64,000 nt of DNA, taken from Leptogorgia sarmentosa. Taxonomy: Eukaryota. Every line of letters begins with the position of its first letter. The first letter of the stretch is position 1. The position numbers and the translations under genes are program-made. Below are positions 56,712 through 64,000 of this stretch, piece by piece. The notes beneath the pieces are model-generated. The model was not told where the DNA came from. It saw nothing but the letters and a program-made list of their open reading frames with translations, and made no database searches. The DNA is taken from contig OZ210885.1 in assembly GCA_964658305.1 (NCBI GenBank), positions 6,882,001-6,946,000 on the forward strand, read 5' to 3'.

Positions 56712-59700
56712 ATGAACTTTCTTCCATTGTTACTGGTGATACTTTCAATGTCCGCTTCCCTGGGAACTGTTTCCGAAGACGGAAAGCCATGTATTCAGAG
56801 ACATTTCAGGAAAGTCGGCCTTGGTAAGTATTTTAACGTTTTCTTTGCCCTGCACTAAGGACAAAGTTAGGCTGGTGCGTTTAAAGTCCAGCAGCCAAAT
56901 TGCACTTATAGGATGGGCGTAATAATTCAGGTGATCTTCTGGCATACAGTAGAAACCTTAAGATTCACGCTCCTAGCAAATCGCTAACCGCAAGCGGCAA
57001 AGTTCAAATTGTATTTTAAGGCAAGTTCTACAAGTTTTCAGCAGCAAAGTGGATTATTCACGTCGTTTCAGAATTGTGGCAATTGAAATACCAGGCGGGA
57101 ATCTTAATCTGAATATGAATATTAGTGCCCAGCAAGCGATTTTTATTTCATATTCGGATTATTCACGATTATTCCGTTTACAAATCACACCAAAATACGA
57201 TTGGAAGTTTGCCGGTTTGCAAATAGTATAGCTTGGCCTCAAAAAGGTGCCACTACAGTCAGTTTCATCAGCACACGCCATGCATGAATATCTGTGGTTC
57301 AATAGTCAATGACTACAGTTGTGTTTGTGTTCTTTGGCAGGAAACGAAGCATTTCGTCCACGAAATTTAATCTCAAGTCACAACGTTCATCTTTTGGCAG
57401 AATGCCATATTCACTGTGTAAATGCAGAGAATTGTTACGGTTATAACTTCAGAGTTAGACCTAGCAGTGTTTATACAACCAACTGCCAGTTAAGCAACAG
57501 CTCCGTGAAAATGAACATGACAAAGATGAGGAATGAATCTTGGAATTTCTACGAGGATGTTTTGGTAAGAATAATGTCAGTAGCGGATTACCCAATATGC
57601 TATGTAGGCTGAAGCCTACAGGCCCGGGCTTTCGAGAGGCCCGTAATTCGTAAAACTTATATTTTTACTTTCTATCCAGTTCAAAAAACCCGAAAGCCCG
57701 GATTCCATTTCAACCATGGCTTAACGAAACGTAACGTCTATCATTATTATGCCATTTCTACTAGACGGTTGAACTGGAAAGCATACAAGTTCGAATCCCG
57801 CTTCAATCGACGAATTAGTCAATCGTTGTCTCATACTACTGTCAGTTTATCATGAAAACTAGGCTACTAGCTGCTTAAATTCATAAGTAAATTTAGTGAC
57901 TGGTGGCATGGGAATAGATATCATCTCCAAGGCCCGTAATTTCGTCTTCAGCCTACAGGACCCGGAACTAGTAACCCGCCACTGAATCATGTATCTGCAA
58001 AATGAGTCATATTTATTCTGCTGAGCTGATTCTGGGGAAATAGCTGTGTTTACATATTCTCACAACAACACGGCTGTTAGCCAATTACGCGCGCAAGCTT
58101 TTTCACTTACATCCGGCTATTTTATAAATAGGAATAATGCATGGCTCGATAAAAAATGTCGTATCAACGTTTATCTCTTCGCTTCAAATTTATCAAATCA
58201 AACGTTTCAAATTTATCTCTTACAACGCTGTATATCATTTAATAAAAAATTAGTCCAAAATGTTTAGCATCATTTTTTCAAATTGTTTATTTGTTTTGTA
58301 CGATATTTTGAAAAACACCAGGGGCCGGTTGTACAAAAACGTACTTAAAATTAACTTTAGTTAAGTGCGAAACTTGGCCAATCAGAAACGCGTATTGCAG
58401 AGTTAACTACCATTTAACTGCAAAACGGATAGTTAAAATGTAGTTAAGAGTTTTATACAACTGGTCCCAGATCTATTTCTCGTGTGAAACGTGATATCTC
58501 ACGCGTGCGAGTGGGATGTCATGTTCAACACTCGAAATAAATTTTCGTGTTGTCGCCAAAATTAGGTTGCTCCTAAATCTATTTCCATAATATTGGTTTC
58601 CAAGCACTAAATCAAACTAAAACTAACCCTAAATATAAAACTAACCCTAACTCTAAAGCTAACCCCCTTACCCTAAAAACCCCCAAAAAACTTATTTTAT
58701 TTCATGAAAAATTCTTAAGCTAAATTTTGTTACTCTGTAGGTCACTAAAGGTAAGCAAGAATTATGAATTAAAATAGAATCTCGTACAAAGGTAAACTCG
58801 TAAATAATTATGTCAAAATTGATAACTTACTACCTAAGGGTGAAGGGCTTTCGTGTTTTAAGGAATCGACTATACAGGGTTAATGAAAAGACAAAAACAA
58901 ATATGAAGTCCCAAGACGGTTCGGGGTACGAGAACCTTACCAGAATAATTTGCTTTTTCCATGCTAAATTGACGCTTGTCCTTAATTTGCATATGCACAT
59001 TAGATAATTATGCATGCAAAATGCTAATTATTCTTGTACGTTTCTCCTACCCCGATCCGTTTTGCGAATTTGAGAGCAATTTTAAATTTGTTCAGTTTTT
59101 TGCTTCATACACCCTGTGTACTAAGAGCCCGACAAATAGCCTTTGCTCGAAAAGTCGAATTTTCATCCTCTTTAGATAGTAAGTGTAACTTTAAATGTTA
59201 TTATTCAAAATACGCACTGGATACAGATCAAAACATGTAAGTTGCCTGCAGATTACATGTCGTAGAATATATGAATATATAATTGTGTTCGTTGAATATA
59301 TAATATGAATATATAATTGTTTATCGAGTTCCTTTTATCCTTCCGTAAAAGTGTCCATTCAAACTACCTACAAAGGAGGTTAAATAATAAACATACATGC
59401 AGGGTGGTGAGTCCGGGATTGCGTCCAATCACGGAATTACCGAACCTTGCAGGTATGTTTAGTTTTTATCCCATGCCATTTCGCTAAAAAGATTTATCTG
59501 GACTGCCCGTGCCGAACAAATTTTGGCGGTCATCTTTCGTTACTTCCACTTTGAATATAAAATATTCCATTTTCAATCATGAACCCACCTCCTAAACATA
59601 CGTCAGCGGGTGGGCTCGAGTTCGAACGCACCCCCTCTTAGCCAATATGAAACCGCTAATACGCAAGGTATGGGATAATGTAGAATACCCTGGTTTGTTC

Positions 59701-62700
59701 CAATTACAAAAAAGGGCAATGCATGATTTCTTTTGAACTTTTCAATGATTGTTTTAACTCCCTCCTAATTCGCTCGCCCTTTCTGTCTCCAAAATCTATC
59801 ATGCATATTTCAATTATTTCAGACATTGATGAATGCTCTCAGGATAGCCACAGATGTCATTTCAATGCAACATGTATCAACACTCCAGGTTCTTACGAGT
59901 GCCAGTGTAGGAGTGGATACACTGAAGATGGCCGCACTTGTGCAGGTATATGATATTTGAGATCAAAATGCAATATGTACCAATAATATTATTACGCATT
60001 ATAAAACAATGCACTATTGCAACTTTTTTGTATATCGGAAGTTACTTTCAGATTGCATATTCTTAAATCAAGGAATGAGCTCGCTAATTTTTGTCATTAT
60101 GTTAGATATTGACGAATGTCTGGAAAAGTCCAATCATTGTGACTCGAATGCAAACTGTACAAATACTGACGGTTCATACAAATGTAAATGCTCTCAAGGT
60201 TACAGAGGAAATGGGCATAATTGTACAGGTAAATATGTCGCCAATCTTTTCTTCCATATTCACCTGTATAAAAACCACCATGTTTTCCCTGACCAGCCAG
60301 AGGCAGTGAGGGACTTCTCAGTTCAGTCAACCTTTGGCGCGTTTTTCATGCACCATTATTTTAATTATTTCAGATGTTGACGAATGCTCTCAGCAAAACC
60401 ATACATGTCATTTCAATGCAACATATTAGTGCCCAGCAAGCGATTTTTAATGCATACATATTAAAACCATCCAGTTTTATATAAAATTTATTGCTAACGT
60501 TTCGTTGCTACATCGCAACATCATCAGAGCTATAATGATAATGTAATAGTTGGTGTATCTATATATACATGATTATATGAGTTTTATATTACAAACGGTT
60601 AAAATTCAAATACAAAAGAACGAATAAGAAAAGATTTAGAAAAACGATATGTCAAAAGCAGGAATAAGTTCATTAGTTGTTACAGAGAATTAAGTGATCA
60701 GGTCAAGTTCGAGTGGGATTAGTGATTAAAAAGATACAGAGGTGTAGAAGAAATATTATTGTTGAGGACAGGTTTGAAATTTGATCTCGAAATACGTGAA
60801 AGTCTCCTCATCTCTAAATTCAAACCTGTCCTCAACAATAATATTTCTTCTACACCTCTGTATCTTTTTAATCACTAATCCCACTCGAACTTGACCTGAT
60901 CACTTAATTCTCTGTAACAACTAATGAACTTATTCCTGCTTTTGACATATCGTTTTTCTAAATCTTTTCTTATTCGTTCTTTTGTATTTGAATTTTAACC
61001 GTTTGTAATATAAAACTCATATAATTATGTATATATAGATACACCAACTATTACATTATCATTATAGCTCTGATGATGTTGCGATGTAGCAACGAAACGT
61101 TAGCAATAAATTTTATATAAAACTGGATGGTTTTAATATGTATGCATTAAAAATCGCTTGCTGGGCACTAATATTCATATTCAGATTAAGATTCCCGCCT
61201 GGTATTTCAATTGCCTCAATGCAACATGTATCAACACTCCAGGTTCTTACGACTGTCAGTGTAGAAGTGGATACACAGGAAATGGCCGCACTTGCGCAGG
61301 TATATGATATTTGAGATCAAAATGCAATATGTACCAATAATATTATTACGCATTTAAAACAATGTATTATTGCAACTTTTTTGTATATCGGAAGTTACTT
61401 TCAGATTGCATAATCTTAAATCAAGGAATGAGCTCGCTAATTTTTGTCATTATGTTAGATATTGACGAATGTCTGGAAAAGTCCAATCATTGTGACTCGA
61501 ATGCAAACTGCACAAATACTGACGGTTCATACAAATGTAAATGCTCTCCAGGTTACCGAGGAAATGGGCAGAATTGTACAGGTAAATATGTCGCGAATCT
61601 TTTCTTCCATATTCACCTGTATAAAAACCACCATGTTTTCCCTGACCAACCAGAGGCAGTGAGGGACTTCTCAGTTCAGTCAACCTTTGGCGCGTTTTTC
61701 ATGCACCATTATTTTAATTATTTCAGATGTTGACGAATGCTCTCAGCAAAACCATACATGTCATTTCAATGCAACATGTATCAACACTCCAGGTTCTTAC
61801 GACTGTCAGTGTAGAAGTGGATACACAGGAAATGGCCGCACTTGCGCAGGTATCTGATATTTGAGATCAAAATGCAATATGTGCCAATAATATTATTACG
61901 CATTTAAAACAATGTATTATTGCAACTTTTTTGTATATCGGAAGTTACTTTCAGATTGCATAATCTTAAATCAAGGAATGATCTCGCTAATTTTTGTCAT
62001 TATGTTAGATATTGACGAATGTCTGGACAAGTCCAATCATTGCGACTTGAATGCAAACTGTACAAATACTGACGGTTCATACAAATGTAAATGCTCTCAA
62101 GGTTACCGAGGAAATGGGCAGAATTGTACAGGTAAATATGTCGCCAATCTTTTCTTCGGCGAAATCCCGCCAAAAATTTGAAATTGTTAAACAAAAATAT
62201 TTTTATTATTTTTAATTTTTCAGACATTGACGAATGTTCTGAAGGCAGCCATGGCTGTCACGCTGACGCAACCTGTAACAACACTCAAGGATCATACAAT
62301 TGCACATGTCCCAGTGGAAAATATTGCCAGTACCTCAAAGGTGATTTATTTTATCGTGAAACGATGTATTTCAGTTTTGTTTGGTGTGCCGTGTGGAGAC
62401 CAGTGGCGAAGCTAGCCCGAAAATTATGTTCATTCCTCTAGAACTTGATTGTCTTCGCGGTATTTAAGTTCGTGTTACAACTGTTGAGTTGAGACACGCG
62501 AAATTTGCAAGTACTTGTCTCCATTACATTTTCCTAATGATTTCCTTACAAGTCAGATATAGGTTCACTAATTTACATCTCTTAACAAATGCGTTGCAAG
62601 ATCACGATCATCCCAAATCGTGGGGATGCACGGCTTCTCCACTAGTGGAGATGTGTTTTCATGTCCCCAATGAAGTCTTAAATGGACCAATTGCATAATA

Positions 62701-63322
62701 GACAAATTTTTAAAAAGTTCGAAATAGTACAACTAATAACAATAGCGTTAAAGAGCATCCCAAAATTACTAACATTGCAAAGTTTGGGTGCAAAATGTGG
62801 TAAAATACGGAAAATGTAACCGTGCAAAGTAGGGAAAATTTGTATACTTTTGTATTAGCTACGTGCGTCAATTGCTAACTAAATTAGTTACTTCATTTCG
62901 CACGTAATACAAAAGTATACAAAAGTAACGGCCGTAGCCAGGGCTATTTATTTTGAAATCAGTTCTCTTTAATTTCAAAAGACATCTGCAGAATATCAAT
63001 ATAATTATGAACATTCACCCCCCAAAATTAACGCCCTAGCCTGGGCCTTGTCCGACATTGTTCGATTAAATTTATATTCACCTAGACGTGTCAGAGATAT
63101 TGAAAAATGAACCAAACGAATTCGAAAAGAAATTGAAAGAATGGTTGCCCATAACAGGATATTGGATCATTTGTTGGAGAGCAACACGAGATGGTTGGGC
63201 TGCGAGTACATTTCATTCAAGATGTGATGGAAAATCACCGACCATAACTATCTTTCAAGTTACCAACAACAACAAAAAGTATGTTTTTGGTGGCTATGCT
63301 AGTGAGCCGTGGAATACTCACA
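56712..63322 (+). CDS. Gene 2 (3' end outside window): secreted PAN/Apple - 7x EGF - TLDc. Exons 56712-56823, 57341-57564, 58741-58750, 59823-59945, 60106-60228, 60374-61299 (interrupted), 61459-61581, 61727-61849, 62009-62131, 62224-62340, 63086-63322
   Basis: Exon-by-exon paralogy with gene 1; signal peptide [22 protein letters not shown] boundaries. Confidence 0.86.
58322..58467. mobile_element. PIF/Harbinger MITE
   Basis: TIRs GGGCCGGTTGTACAAAA / TTTTATACAACTGGTCC, TSD CAG. Confidence 0.75.
60425..61215 (+). mobile_element. Penelope-like element 3' remnant with inverted terminal duplication, inserted in an EGF exon
   Basis: 60780-60878 translates [32 protein letters not shown] (GIY-YIG C-terminus). 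Arms 60423-60778 and 60819-61174. 12-bp TSD TCAATGCAACAT. Confidence 0.9.
61062..61109 (+). ncRNA. Minimal type I hammerhead ribozyme (mirror copy on the minus strand at ~60488-60535)
   Basis: TTATAGCT-CTGATGA-T-GTTGC(GATGTA)GCAAC-GAAA-CGTT-AGCAATAA: conserved core, stem II, palindromic stem III, stem I. Confidence 0.8.
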
Positions 63323-64000
63323 GTAAGTTAATTACAGTTATATTAGAAATGCATACCTGCATCAGTCTACTCTCGCCTTAATAATAGAAGATGCGAATTT
63401 ATTTTTTTGTAAATCAGCAGCGGACGGAATCATAGCGTTAAATTAACTTAAGGTTTGCAACCCTAGCGGCTCTTGGAAATAGACCCAAAACAAATCCGAC
63501 GTTTATCGAAAACAAAACCCCAAACGGCTTTAGAAAGAACACAACTTGAAAAGTAGTCTTTACTTTTTAGCCTAGTCCAAAATTTGACACAATAATATAT
63601 TGATAAAAATATTCTGGCTTCAAAATCGGGTCGCTGAATACAATAGGATCATAGATGTAGAGTTGGGGGGGGGGGGCTCTGGGGCTCGGGCCCCCCAGAA
63701 ATTTTATACTGGGGGCTCAGCCCCTGCAAAAATATTGCTGAAATTTGTAAGTCAACTGTACGAAAGAACATTTTCATGCCATCTAATAAATTGACTCAAA
63801 TAGTCAAATAAGATTACTTTAAGCTCTTGTACGTTGAAGTTTTGTTAGTACATTTTGTTAAATTGCTATATACAACCTAAATAAAATTTCTTGGGAAATT
63901 CTGGTGGTTTAAGTAAGTTGCAAATGTTGTATTACAATTCACCTATGTTTTTCACACCCCCTAAACCCTTAAGAGTTAAGGATGTTTGTTGCTTGTACTA

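Noticed and set aside
58615..58685. CTAACCCTAA telomere-like repeats
   Set aside because: Few and degenerate; they look like part of an interspersed repeat rather than a telomeric array.

Overview
AT-rich eukaryotic genomic DNA with spliceosomal introns. It is most likely from an anthozoan cnidarian, inferred from the repeat families and gene types rather than proven. The first ~44 kb is a duplicated and partly inverted small-RNA gene cluster of about 30 tRNA genes or pseudogenes plus U5 snRNA genes, heavily invaded by transposons. The main finding is two divergent Tx1-clade (L1-group) non-LTR retrotransposons inserted at the same nucleotide of invariant loop 1 in two neighbouring U5 snRNA genes. 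The uninterrupted U5 paralogues survive in an inverted duplicate at 39.2-41.8 kb. The full-length element has no 5' UTR of its own: its ORF1 ATG directly follows the first ~39 nt of U5 and sits in U5-like sequence. The window also holds a BEL/Pao LTR element lacking its 5' LTR and fused to a tRNA-Pro, an EnSpm/CACTA-type non-autonomous element with 61-bp repeats, an HDX-like homeobox exon and many MITEs. Two paralogous genes encode signal peptide-PAN/Apple-EGF(n)-TLDc proteins with a 10-nt microexon, and a third TLDc paralogue lies on the minus strand. One EGF exon is interrupted by a Penelope-like element remnant that forms a 356-bp inverted repeat, carries a minimal hammerhead ribozyme and includes 68 bp copied from an intron of the same gene.
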